Origin: an uncultured Chloroflexia bacterium
GTDB lineage: Bacteria > Chloroflexota > UBA6077 > JACCZL01
DNA length: 64,000 nt
NCBI GenBank assembly: GCA_963765765.1
Contig: CAVXYC010000019.1
Location: forward strand, 288,001-352,000
Direction of reading: 5' to 3'
The notes beneath the pieces are model-generated. The model ran no database searches. It was given only the letters and a program-made list of their open reading frames with translations, and was not told where the DNA came from. The position numbers and the translations under genes are program-made. Numbering within the stretch: position 1 is the first letter of the stretch; each line of letters begins with the position of its first letter. Shown here in pieces: positions 20,826 through 30,104 of the stretch.

Positions 20826-21606
20826 ATGCTGAAACCTAGTGCCATAGCCGTAGCGCTAGGTATCTTCCTTTCCGTCGGGTGTTCTACGCAGCCGAGCGAT
20901 AGGCCGCGAGACGGCTCGGATCCGGTTCCGATCGGCCAAGGAATTTCGGAGGCTGTGGAAACCCCCGAGCCGGGCAGCGTCACGGACGTTTCGATTCGGT
21001 TCATCGATGAAGATGGCGCAACCGCCACGCCGCTGCCAACCGTGGCGCCGAGCGCCGAACCATCGGTGACTCCAAATCCGTCAGGACCGATTCCCCCTCA
21101 AGCCGCGGCCTCGCCCGGATCGCTTGACGGTCGAACGCCCGGCTCGGCGCATTGCCGGAACCGATCGTCAAGGTGTCCGGCTCCGAGAGAATCCGTCGGC
21201 TCAATCCAGCACCGTAGGCGCCGTGGCCGAAGGAGCAGTCGTGGATCCCGTCGAAGGGCCGGTCGTGAGCGATGGGGGAAGCTGGATTCGTGTCCAGGCC
21301 GGTGCGAGACAGGGCTGGGTACCGGACCGATATCTGGAGCCGCCGGCCATAGCCGCGGCGCCGGTTCCATCAGCAGTCGCATCCCCCGGGTTGCCCACCG
21401 ATTTTGTTATCCGGCGTACCGATGGTGCAGGCGCGAACGTCCGCGAGTCCCCCTCTACGTCGGCCCGGGTGCTGGGCAACTTGCCGGAGGGAAGCATGGT
21501 GCAGTCGGTAGAACGTCCTGTCTCTGTTGACGGCCGCGCGTGGCAAAAGGTTCAGGGGAATGGACTCGAGGGTTGGGTGCTCGCAGTAGTCGTGACACCC
21601 CGCTAG
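20826..21606 (+). CDS. Lipoprotein with two SH3b-like domains (frameshift near 21130)
   Basis: Lipobox LSVGC; Pro-rich linker; two GTD..GVRLRENPS / GANVRESPS ... W..V ... GWV repeats. Confidence 0.75.
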
Positions 21607-21803
21607 CCCGTATTTCGAACAATTTGCTGGTCTGCAGAGACGGCCAATGCTCGATCGTGGCAGGCATATCCCAGCCGTGGTCCCCGCCGCGGAATACACC
21701 ATGAGTTAGTCGATGACTCCGCGGCTCTAACGGAATACACTTCAATCCGTTAGTCGCTCTCGGTCAGTAGACGTCCTAAGCGATTCCAGATGGTGGGGGT
21801 TTC

Positions 21804-22121
21804 ATGGGTATCTCATACGTTCCGATTGCTGAGTTGAACGAGCTTCAAGAAAATGAGATGAAGCTTGTCACGATTTCGGGGCGCGACATCGTCGTGACGC
21901 TCGTTGATGGCAAGCCATTCGCATTCGACCGGACGTGTCCCCACGAGGCGGCTGATCTGGACTGGGGCATGATTCATCGACGGACGGTGATATGTGACGA
22001 GCACGGCTATGCATTTGACCTGGAGTCAGGCGAATGTACGCAACCCCGTGGCGGTCCGTCACTCCCTCTCCATCCGGTCGAAGAGCATGATGGAAAATGG
22101 TGCGTTCGGATTGAGTCCTGA
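21804..22121 (+). CDS. Rieske-type [2Fe-2S] ferredoxin
   Basis: CPH...CDEHG, FDLESGEC. Confidence 0.88.
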   Translation: MGISYVPIAELNELQENEMKLVTISGRDIVVTLVDGKPFAFDRTCPHEAADLDWGMIHRRTVICDEHGYAFDLESGECTQPRGGPSLPLHPVEEHDGKWCVRIES

Positions 22122-22305
22122 GTAGCGGCTCCCAATATCCGAGGAGTGGCTTAGTGCGCCAATGATGACGCCAGAGGGCGCTGAGGCGGAGCGCAGTCTT
22201 ATTGCGCTCTTGCAGCTTGCCCATTCCGGGGAGCTTGCGGCAGCGCTTGCCTGTCCAGGATAAAAGCGTTCCAAATTTAGGACTCGGAAGAGGAGCTGAT
22301 AGCCG

Positions 22306-23070
22306 ATGCCATTTGCCGCCGTGAACGGTGTTGACCTGTACTACGAGTCCGAAGGCGAGGGCCCAGCACTGGTGTTCTGCCACGGGGCCGACGGCAATCA
22401 CATGAGCTGGTGGCAACAGGTGCCCGCCTTCAGCGATCGCTATCGATGTGTTGTCTTCGATCACCGCGGATTTGGCAGGAGCCACGTGGAAGAAGGTCAG
22501 GGTGGCGATGGCCACTATGTGGCCGATATGCACGCGCTGCTGGACCACCTTGGTCTGGATCGAGTCATTCTGGTCGGCCAGTCGATGGGAAACCGCTCCG
22601 GCCTTGGCTATGCTCTGGTACATCCGGAGCGTGTGCGGGCCGTAGCTGTCTGCGATGGTCTTGCGAGCTTTTCCGACGAGGCCATCGATAGGCGGATCGC
22701 CGAGAGTCGAGCATCCCGCGAAGCGGGTGCGGAGCTCACTTACTTGCTGGCGCCCGACTTTCCAGAACGCGAACCGGCAAAGCTGCTGCTTTACCGACAG
22801 ATTTCCAGGCTCAATCCAAAGCGACCGGCCGGCCCGTCACAGGACAAGTTCGGCCTTGATGATCTGCGGCGATTTCAGACCCCGGCTCTCTTCATCGCCG
22901 GTGAGTACGATCATCTGTCTCCCCCTGACGTGCTTCAGCAGCTTGCCGAAGTAGTACCGAACGGTCGCTTCGAGCTGATCACGAACGCCGGGCACTCAGC
23001 CCACTTTGAGCGACCAGGCGAATTCAATCGCCTCTTGGTGGAGTTTCTGAGCGAGGTGACCGCTGACTAG
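22306..23070 (+). CDS. Alpha/beta hydrolase
   Basis: FCHG, DHRGFGRS, GQSMG nucleophile elbow, GEYD, AGHSAH. Confidence 0.9.
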   Translation: MPFAAVNGVDLYYESEGEGPALVFCHGADGNHMSWWQQVPAFSDRYRCVVFDHRGFGRSHVEEGQGGDGHYVADMHALLDHLGLDRVILVGQSMGNRSGLGYALVHPERVRAVAVCDGLASFSDEAIDRRIAESRASREAGAELTYLLAPDFPEREPAKLLLYRQISRLNPKRPAGPSQDKFGLDDLRRFQTPALFIAGEYDHLSPPDVLQQLAEVVPNGRFELITNAGHSAHFERPGEFNRLLVEFLSEVTAD

Positions 23071-23091
23071 CTATTCGTCACCCTCGTCGGT

Positions 23092-23547
23092 ATGAGCTCC
23101 GACAGCGCCTTCACAGCGGACATCGATACTTGCGCCTTCTGCCGAATCGCCACGGGACTCCAGGAAGCGCACATGGTATTCGAAGACGATTCGTCCGTCG
23201 CCTTCCTCGACATTCGTCCTGTGTTCCAGGGCCATGTTTTGCTCATCCCCCGGGTCCATTACGCAACGATGATGGATCTCCCGGCAGAGCTCGGGTGTCG
23301 ACTCTTCAGCAATGCTCAGCTCCTCGCTCGAGCGGTAGAGGGCGCAATGGCTGCCGAGGGCGTGTTCGTGGCCATCAACAATCGTGTGAGCCAGAGCGTT
23401 CCCCACGTCCACATCCACCTGGTGCCGCGTCGATTCAAGGATGGATTGCGGGGCTTCTTCTGGCCGCGCACGAAGTACCCCGATCAGGCCGCCATAGAAC
23501 AAGTGCAAGCCTCGATTTCAGCAGCGATCCAGGAGCTGATGGCTTGA
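23092..23547 (+). CDS. HIT family nucleotide hydrolase
   Basis: CAFC, FLDIRP, GHVLLIP, QSVPHVHIHLVPR. Confidence 0.92.
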   Translation: MSSDSAFTADIDTCAFCRIATGLQEAHMVFEDDSSVAFLDIRPVFQGHVLLIPRVHYATMMDLPAELGCRLFSNAQLLARAVEGAMAAEGVFVAINNRVSQSVPHVHIHLVPRRFKDGLRGFFWPRTKYPDQAAIEQVQASISAAIQELMA

Positions 23548-23621
23548 CTCATCGTGGGACCCGTCCATTGGACACAACCGCGTTCATTTGTCGGGTTTGA
23601 TCGTAACGCGTAGTCCGAAGC

Positions 23622-24993
23622 CTATAGCGCTGGCAATCCCGTCCGCTCACTCGATTCACCGAGTGCGGTGAGTAGGTGCTGCGCCCACGCCTGGGCGGCT
23701 CCATCGTAGGTCGGATCGATGACCCATTCAGTGTCACCCGCCTCGCAGCCGGGGGCCAGGGTGTCCACGCAGCGATAGTGGCGAAGGGCAACCCCGCCCG
23801 TCGGCATGGCGAGAGTCGAACGCAGGCCATCGACGTTGCGCAGCGCGAGCTGTCGCCACTGCTCGTCACCTGTCTCCGCGTACAGCGCGAGGTGTGCCAG
23901 ACTCGTCCATGCGGCATACGAGGCGTACACCTGATCGATCCCGTATTCCAGGTTGTACCCCCCGCGCTCGTTGCGGAAGGTCGGCCTCGATCCCGTGGCC
24001 CACGCGCACCGCCCGTGCCAGCCGCGCCGAATCGCCGTCCAGGCGATAGGCGGCCAACTGGGCCTCGATGGCGATCCCCTGGTCGTAGTTGAAGTACCGG
24101 TCGCGGATCGCCGGGCCGCGCGTCCCGTCGTCGGCTTCCTCGAGTCCGATCCGCCACCGGTAGAGGCCCGTCTCGGGGTCGAAGAGGACGGTATCCAGCC
24201 ACAGCAGGGTCCGCAGTGCCCACTCGCGATCGTCCGGGTCGCCGGTGACCTCGAACGCCCGCGCGAAGAAGAGGGCGGCCAGGGCGTTGGTCTGCGCGGG
24301 CTTGCCTTCCGGCGTCGCCTCGTGGGAGGTGTTCCACCAGAAGCCGCCGCCGAACGTCTCGTCCCAGAGGCCGCTCTCCCGGAGGAAACTCGCCTCGCGG
24401 CGGATCGCATGGCGGTAGCGCGCCTGCTGTGATGCGTCGCGGGTCGTGCCGAGCCTCGCGATGAGCGCGAGCCCCGCCAGGGCGTTATCGTCGCCGAAGC
24501 GCTCCGCCCGCATGACTTCGGTCCCGAAGGGATTGGACCGCGCGTAATACCCGCCCTCGCTGTCGTCCCAGAGTCGGTCGAGGAACAGAAACGCCTTCTC
24601 GATATGGCAGATGCTCTCGGGATCCGTTCGTTCCGGCACCTGTTCGGTGCGCCGCGCAGGAAGCTGAGGCAACGGGACGGAGATCTGGCCCTTCGCGTGC
24701 AGCAGCGCGACATCGGCCCAGACCTGGGAAGCCACATACCACTGGTCCGCCCAATCAGGCTCCCGGTCGCTGCGACGATACGCCACGAAACGCGCTTCGG
24801 GACAGGTCCGAGCGTCGCCGAGGACGCGCAGATGCCGACGCGTCCCTTCTTGCACGCCGGCCGCCTCCGCGAGCCACCGGCCGCGGTCATCACCATCGGC
24901 GTGCGCCGGTCGGATGACCGCCAACGCGAGAACCACCGCCATGAGCACCGCAACCCGGTGGACGGTAAGGGGTACGGCGAAGCGCAGTCGCAT
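23622..24993 (-). CDS. Secreted glycoside hydrolase family 76-like (alpha/alpha barrel) protein; frameshift near 23970
   Basis: Signal peptide; FGDDNA, GGGFWWN, KPAQTNA, FNYDQG. Confidence 0.65.
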
Positions 24994-25098
24994 GCATGCA
25001 ATTGATGCACAGGTCAGGCCGGCAGGGCGGCCGATACGATGAGCCGATCGCAAGCTTCTAGGCCAGCACGAGACTTCGGCGTTCAGTCGGGCTCTCGT

Positions 25099-25404
25099 TC
25101 AGTCGGGCTCGATCGTGACGCGCAGTCCGAAGCCCGCCAGCCGCTCCTGGTACATCTCTGCCTGCTCTTTCGGAGCGCGCGCCACCACGGATGCGCCGGT
25201 GGTGTGTATTTCATAGGCGTGCTGGTGGGCTTTGGAGCGGGACATGCCGGGGATCACCTTGCATAGAGCAATCTCGACGTCGTCAAAGGAGTGACAGCTA
25301 CAGTCGAGCACGACCACACGGAATGGAGGGAGGATCCGGGTTAACGTTTCTTCGTCCAGATCCGGCTTCGTGATGGTTGGCGTAGGTGTGGCAGGAGCCG
25401 TCAT
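25099..25404 (-). CDS. clpS: ATP-dependent Clp protease adaptor ClpS (variant binding loop)
   Basis: PPFRVVVLDCSCHSFDDV, AYEIHTTGASVV, KEQAEMY, GLRVTIEPD. Confidence 0.85.
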   Translation of the reverse strand: MTAPATPTPTITKPDLDEETLTRILPPFRVVVLDCSCHSFDDVEIALCKVIPGMSRSKAHQHAYEIHTTGASVVARAPKEQAEMYQERLAGFGLRVTIEPD

Positions 25405-25651
25405 TTGAGTGTGCGTTTTGGCCGGTTCATTAGGATCACCTCGTGCGGCGGCAGCAGGTGAGTCAATAGCTCTTTCTCGAGTCTGGACGGGTGGTGGGAA
25501 GGATCATGATGATTTGGACCGTCATTCTTAGCGTATCACGTGGGCTTCGCGAGCTATGCCGGACGTCGTAGTGGGGGCGTCTAGCCCGTACTCGAAGTGC
25601 TGTACCGACCCAACCGCGCTCCGCGAACGAGCGGGACGCCGACGCTACGGA

Positions 25652-27418
25652 CTATCCGGGCTTGGTCGCTAACGTCTCGGCCCGAGGTCGCAGCGACAGC
25701 AGGGTCTCCAGTAATGCGTCGATTCGGTGCCGGAATTCCGTGGTTTCCTCATGCTCGGCGCGGATGAAACGGTCATACGGTGCCAACGCATCGCGCACGC
25801 GCTGGAGAGTTCGATCCAGCTCACGGTCAAACTCAGTGCGCATCGCGGTAATTAGACGTTCGCGGAGCGTTTCGACGCGTTCGGCAAGCTGCTCCCTCGC
25901 GCGACGTCGCCGCAGCGGAAGCACGTAGAAACCGACGCCTGCCAGAATTCCAGCGGCGAAGAGCCCGGTCACATCGGCCGCGGCGCCGCCGAGAATGGCC
26001 ATTGTCACGGCGCCCAGACCCACTGCGCCCACCTCGATGAGCGCGGTCTGGGCCACGGCTCCGCGCACGGACTCCGCAAGCTGCTCGGCTTCGCGCCGGT
26101 GGTCGTGCTCGGCCACGACGGTGCGCGCCGTCTGGCCGAGTGAGCCGAGAAGCGCCCGCCGGTCGTACTCAAACGAGCCTGTTAAACGCTGCACCGGCGA
26201 ATCAGGTCCAATTGAGCGCGCATGATCTACTTGGTCCGTAATGGAACGCCAGAGCTTGACGTCCTGATCCACGATCCAATCGATCGTCTGTCCTGCTACC
26301 CGATCAATCCGCTGAGCCGTGTCTGCCACGACCTTTTGCTCGAACTCGTCGCGCATGCGCTCGCGATTGAAGAGATCGAAGACGCGGCCGATCCTCAGCG
26401 TATCGTCCAGGAACTCGTCGCCTCTACGATGGAGCTCATGCAGGACGTTCTCCAGCTCTTCCAGCCGAAAGGCGAAATCGCGTCGCATGTCTTCCCGATG
26501 GGCCTCGAGCTGTCGCTCGATCGACCGAGTAAGTGCCATGTCGTCTGCGATCCTTGCGAGCTTGGCGTCGGAAGCGACAACGTATTGCTTCGAGACCTTC
26601 TCCGCGATACCCAGCGGGGTGGTGAGCTTGATGGCCAGGCGTCCGCTATCGTCTAGGGTTGTGTGGATGAAGCGCTCGAGTGCTTGGAATCCACTCTCAT
26701 CCCAGAGCTCTGTTCGCTTGCCGCCATCGGACTCTGCTCGGGCCGCCATGGCCAGTCGGGCAGAGACGGGAAAGAGCTCGGGTGAGAACCCGAGCAGGCG
26801 CTCGGCGCCCTGTTGGACGAATTGGATCTGATCATCCCGGTCCCGCTCGGAGACGAGAAGATCGACCTTGTTCAGCACCACGACGACCTTCTTGCTCCAT
26901 GCGCGAATGCGCTCCATGAACGCTCGTTCAGACTCGCTGAACGGTCGGTCTGCCGACGTGACGAACAGAATCAGATCGGCGCGCGGAATGAAATGTTCGG
27001 TGATCTCCTCGTGCTCGCGGAGAACGGCGTTGGTCCCGGGGGTGTCAACAATAGCGATGTCACGCAGAAGATCCAGCGGATACCCGACCTGAAGTATTGA
27101 GCCGTCTCGCAGCTCGCGTTGGCTCTCCGCATACCCGAGCCGCGTGATCGCCGCGGTTGTCGGCGTGACACCCTCGCGGAGGATGGGCGCGCCCACAAGT
27201 GCGTTGATGAAGGCGGATTTGCCCGCGTTGAACTCACCGACGACAACCAGGAGGAAGAGCTCATCGAGATCACGCTCAGCCTGCCGGATAAGCTGAATAT
27301 CAGATTCATCCGCATGCTCACGAGCCAGCAGCTCGCGCAGATCCGCCAGGGCGGCGCGCTCATCGGCCAGTAGTGCTCGCTGCTCAGCAGAGAGCGGCGC
27401 TTTATCTGTTAGGGGCAT
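25652..27418 (-). CDS. Bacterial dynamin-like GTPase (Fzo/FZL-like)
   Basis: GEFNAGKS, GVTPTT, DTPG, NKVD; helical stalk and C-terminal hydrophobic hairpin. Confidence 0.88.
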   Translation of the reverse strand: MPLTDKAPLSAEQRALLADERAALADLRELLAREHADESDIQLIRQAERDLDELFLLVVVGEFNAGKSAFINALVGAPILREGVTPTTAAITRLGYAESQRELRDGSILQVGYPLDLLRDIAIVDTPGTNAVLREHEEITEHFIPRADLILFVTSADRPFSESERAFMERIRAWSKKVVVVLNKVDLLVSERDRDDQIQFVQQGAERLLGFSPELFPVSARLAMAARAESDGGKRTELWDESGFQALERFIHTTLDDSGRLAIKLTTPLGIAEKVSKQYVVASDAKLARIADDMALTRSIERQLEAHREDMRRDFAFRLEELENVLHELHRRGDEFLDDTLRIGRVFDLFNRERMRDEFEQKVVADTAQRIDRVAGQTIDWIVDQDVKLWRSITDQVDHARSIGPDSPVQRLTGSFEYDRRALLGSLGQTARTVVAEHDHRREAEQLAESVRGAVAQTALIEVGAVGLGAVTMAILGGAAADVTGLFAAGILAGVGFYVLPLRRRRAREQLAERVETLRERLITAMRTEFDRELDRTLQRVRDALAPYDRFIRAEHEETTEFRHRIDALLETLLSLRPRAETLATKPG

Positions 27419-27431
27419 GGCGCCATCGCGT

Positions 27432-29462
27432 TCATCGACGGTCCGCTCGAATCTCCACGGAGCGAAGCTTGACCCAGCCTTCCGAATCGGACGTTTCGGT
27501 TGCAAGCGGTTGTCTGTTGGCGTCCAGAAGTCGAATGCTCACGATGTAGTTTCCAACCGGTGCATCTGGCATCGTACTTAGCATGACGCGCGCCATATCT
27601 CCCGCGGCTCCATCGACTCTGAGGTCGGCTGCCTGAGATGAGCCGCCCGTATAGTGCTCGCTCGTCAATCGAGCTTCTACCGTACGATCCGTTGGCGGTC
27701 GATTCCAGAAAAGCGACAACTGAAGCTCCTGGCCGGGTCTCACGCGCACGGCGCTGGTGCTATAGCCCAGGAGGGCGGACCCGTCCGAGAATGCCAGACT
27801 CACCGGAGCTCCAACGCGCGTGTAGTAGATCCATGCATAGTCCACACCCTGAAGCTGCACCACATGTTCTGCCTGCCACGGGAGGAACTGTTCGTCCATG
27901 GCCGGTGGATATTCGCCGAGCTGACGATTCCGAATGTAGACCACGGTAAAGTCGTACGCCGTGGCGTCGGCGGACTCCGCGGGCATGACCTGGGCGCGAG
28001 TCTGCGCGCCCAACACCGTTGTGTAGACCTCTCCGGGCATGCCCACGCGCAGTCGCTCTGGGTCGGACTGCGCATTGAGATAGTCCGCCACCTCGTTCAG
28101 GCCTTCGCCCCATCCGGACGCGATGAGACGCGTACCCCGTTCGGCGCCACCGGCAAGCGGATTGAAGTAGGTCAGTTCATACGGCATGGCCATCGCTGAT
28201 TGACCCATTTGCAGAAGCACAACGCCTCCGAATAAGACGCCCGCGACTGTGGGCGAGCGCGGTGCAATGGCACGGGTCAATGACGCCCATCCGAATCCAG
28301 CGAGAACGGCAAGTAGTGGAAAAACCGGTAACAGATAGCGATCGAAGTTTTTCGCCGCGAACGTCATGAGCAGGCCAAACGCCAGGACGAAGCCGAGAAT
28401 CGACGCGGTCGTGCGCCGCCAGGCCGTACGCTCCCCACCGGGAACCACGAGACAGGCAAGGATGGCCAGAATGACTCCACCAAGCGTCACTGGGGATGCG
28501 CGGAGTAACAGCGTGTAGACATAAAACAGTGGACCAACTGTTGCGCGTTCTTCCCCGATGGGCCCAAGGGCGTGCGCTGGGTTGGTGTTGTCGCGCATGA
28601 ACGCCAGCACTTGCCCCAACGTTGTATCGGGCGCAGTCCACATGGCTGGCCAGACGACGACATAGGTCACGAGGGTTGCAGTGGCCCAGACCGCACCGAG
28701 CATCCACACTCGTCTCTGACGGAGCGGGCGGGGTCCGCTGAGCAGTACTCCCAGGATGGGTATGAATGCCAATAGCAGGCTGGCCGGTGCTTTCGCGAGA
28801 AGTGCGAGGCCCGTGGCTATTCCGCTTCCGACCATGACCCACGCGCCCAGTCGCCCACTCCAGCCTGCGATAGCCGTGAGCAAGGCCAGGGCGATGAAAC
28901 TGGAAAGCTCAGCGTCTATGTGGAGAAGCCGCGAATGCGCGAGCAGAAACGGCTCAAACGCCAGCAGTCCCGCTGTGATGAACCCCGCCGCTGCCCCGTA
29001 CAGGCGCCAGGCGAGCGCAGCGAGCATGAGCGCCACGATACCCGTGATGATGCCAACACCCTGGCGCGCACGTGCGAGCGCGGGTACGAAGTCTGCTTGC
29101 TGACTGACCTCGCGCCGCGAGACTTCGCGCCGCGGCCCGGCGAATGACTGGGCTCGTTCGAGCCCCAGCACGGAGACCGCAGACCACATGGTCGGGACCC
29201 CAGGGTGGCCCGTGAGAAACGTTTGGTCGAACCGCCCTTGGCCCAGCGCCCGTGCAAACGTTCCGGAACGGCCCAGCCAGAAAAGCTCGTCAGTCGTGAC
29301 GAAGACATCCGTGGCGACAAGCCGGGGAATGAACACGCAGGCGGCGAGAATCACCGCGACAAGAAGCACAATCGGAGCCGCTATGACGGGTGGATGCGGT
29401 CCAACCGGAGGGGCTGCGCGAGCCGTGGACGCTGGGACCATGCGGATGGACGAGTATAGCAT
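27432..29462 (-). CDS. GT-C fold membrane glycosyltransferase (GT39/ArnT-like); start approximate
   Basis: TTDE luminal motif, GHPG, HSRLLHID, LALLAKAP, DRYLLP, YFNPLAGG, WGEG. Confidence 0.8.
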   Translation of the reverse strand: MLYSSIRMVPASTARAAPPVGPHPPVIAAPIVLLVAVILAACVFIPRLVATDVFVTTDELFWLGRSGTFARALGQGRFDQTFLTGHPGVPTMWSAVSVLGLERAQSFAGPRREVSRREVSQQADFVPALARARQGVGIITGIVALMLAALAWRLYGAAAGFITAGLLAFEPFLLAHSRLLHIDAELSSFIALALLTAIAGWSGRLGAWVMVGSGIATGLALLAKAPASLLLAFIPILGVLLSGPRPLRQRRVWMLGAVWATATLVTYVVVWPAMWTAPDTTLGQVLAFMRDNTNPAHALGPIGEERATVGPLFYVYTLLLRASPVTLGGVILAILACLVVPGGERTAWRRTTASILGFVLAFGLLMTFAAKNFDRYLLPVFPLLAVLAGFGWASLTRAIAPRSPTVAGVLFGGVVLLQMGQSAMAMPYELTYFNPLAGGAERGTRLIASGWGEGLNEVADYLNAQSDPERLRVGMPGEVYTTVLGAQTRAQVMPAESADATAYDFTVVYIRNRQLGEYPPAMDEQFLPWQAEHVVQLQGVDYAWIYYTRVGAPVSLAFSDGSALLGYSTSAVRVRPGQELQLSLFWNRPPTDRTVEARLTSEHYTGGSSQAADLRVDGAAGDMARVMLSTMPDAPVGNYIVSIRLLDANRQPLATETSDSEGWVKLRSVEIRADRR

Positions 29463-29557
29463 TGAGGCAGCCGTTGGTTGACCGATGGCGGTGCCTGATC
29501 GCAGGACTATGAAGTTTTGTCGTATGCTCGCCAAAGTTCACATCTGGGAGTACGACT

Positions 29558-29908
29558 ATGGCTGACACGGTGATTTACTGGTGGAAGCGTTGAAGCACCT
29601 GTCGTAAGGGGCGAGAGTTTCTCGTTCAAAAGGATCCTGGCGTCAAGGAACGCGACTTCTTCCTTCAACCACTGACGCGTGACGAGCTAAAGTCGCTTCT
29701 GGGGAGCCATCAGCCATCCGAGCTCTTCTCGTTTAAGAGCCCCACTGCCAAGGCACAGGGGATCACACCTGGGGCGCGAACCGAGGATGAGCTACTTGAT
29801 CTCATGGCTCAGGAGCCTCGTCTTCTCCGCCGCCCGATATTGAAGCATGGCGACACGCTGCTTATCGGGTTCAATCAGAAGGAGTGGCAGACAGAGCTTG
29901 GGGCGTAG
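29558..29908 (+). CDS. ArsC/Spx (YffB-like) thioredoxin-fold protein, putative selenoprotein (UGA at 29591 = Sec in UxxC)
   Basis: RBS GGGAG at 29546; MADTVIYWWKR-U-STCRKGREFL...ERDFFLQPLTRDELKSLL...ELLDLMAQEPRLLRRPILKHGDTLLIGFN; absent from the ORF track because of the UGA. Confidence 0.85.
29609..29627 (+). promoter_or_regulatory. Candidate bacterial SECIS hairpin
   Basis: GGGCGAGA-GUU-UCUCGUUC; loop starts with G-U, 23 nt after the UGA. Confidence 0.55.
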
Positions 29909-29948
29909 CACTCTAAGAAGGAGCCCTGGCTCTGCGGACATCCGAGTA

Positions 29949-30056
29949 CCCTCACCCCAGCCCTCTCCCAGAGGGCGAGAGAGCGCTGTTGGGGGATATC
30001 GACGCCTGATACGCACAAGCCGGCCCCTCTCCCTCTGGAAAGGGCTGGGGCGAGGG
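29949..30056. repeat. REP-like palindrome of the CCCTCACCCC family, copy 2
   Basis: ccctcaccccagccctctcccagagggcgaga ... ctctccctctggaaagggctggggcgaggg. Confidence 0.7.
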
Positions 30057-30104
30057 TTGCCCAAACTCCCTCAACGGTTCGCCCTGATCTGCTTTAATCC
30101 GGGT

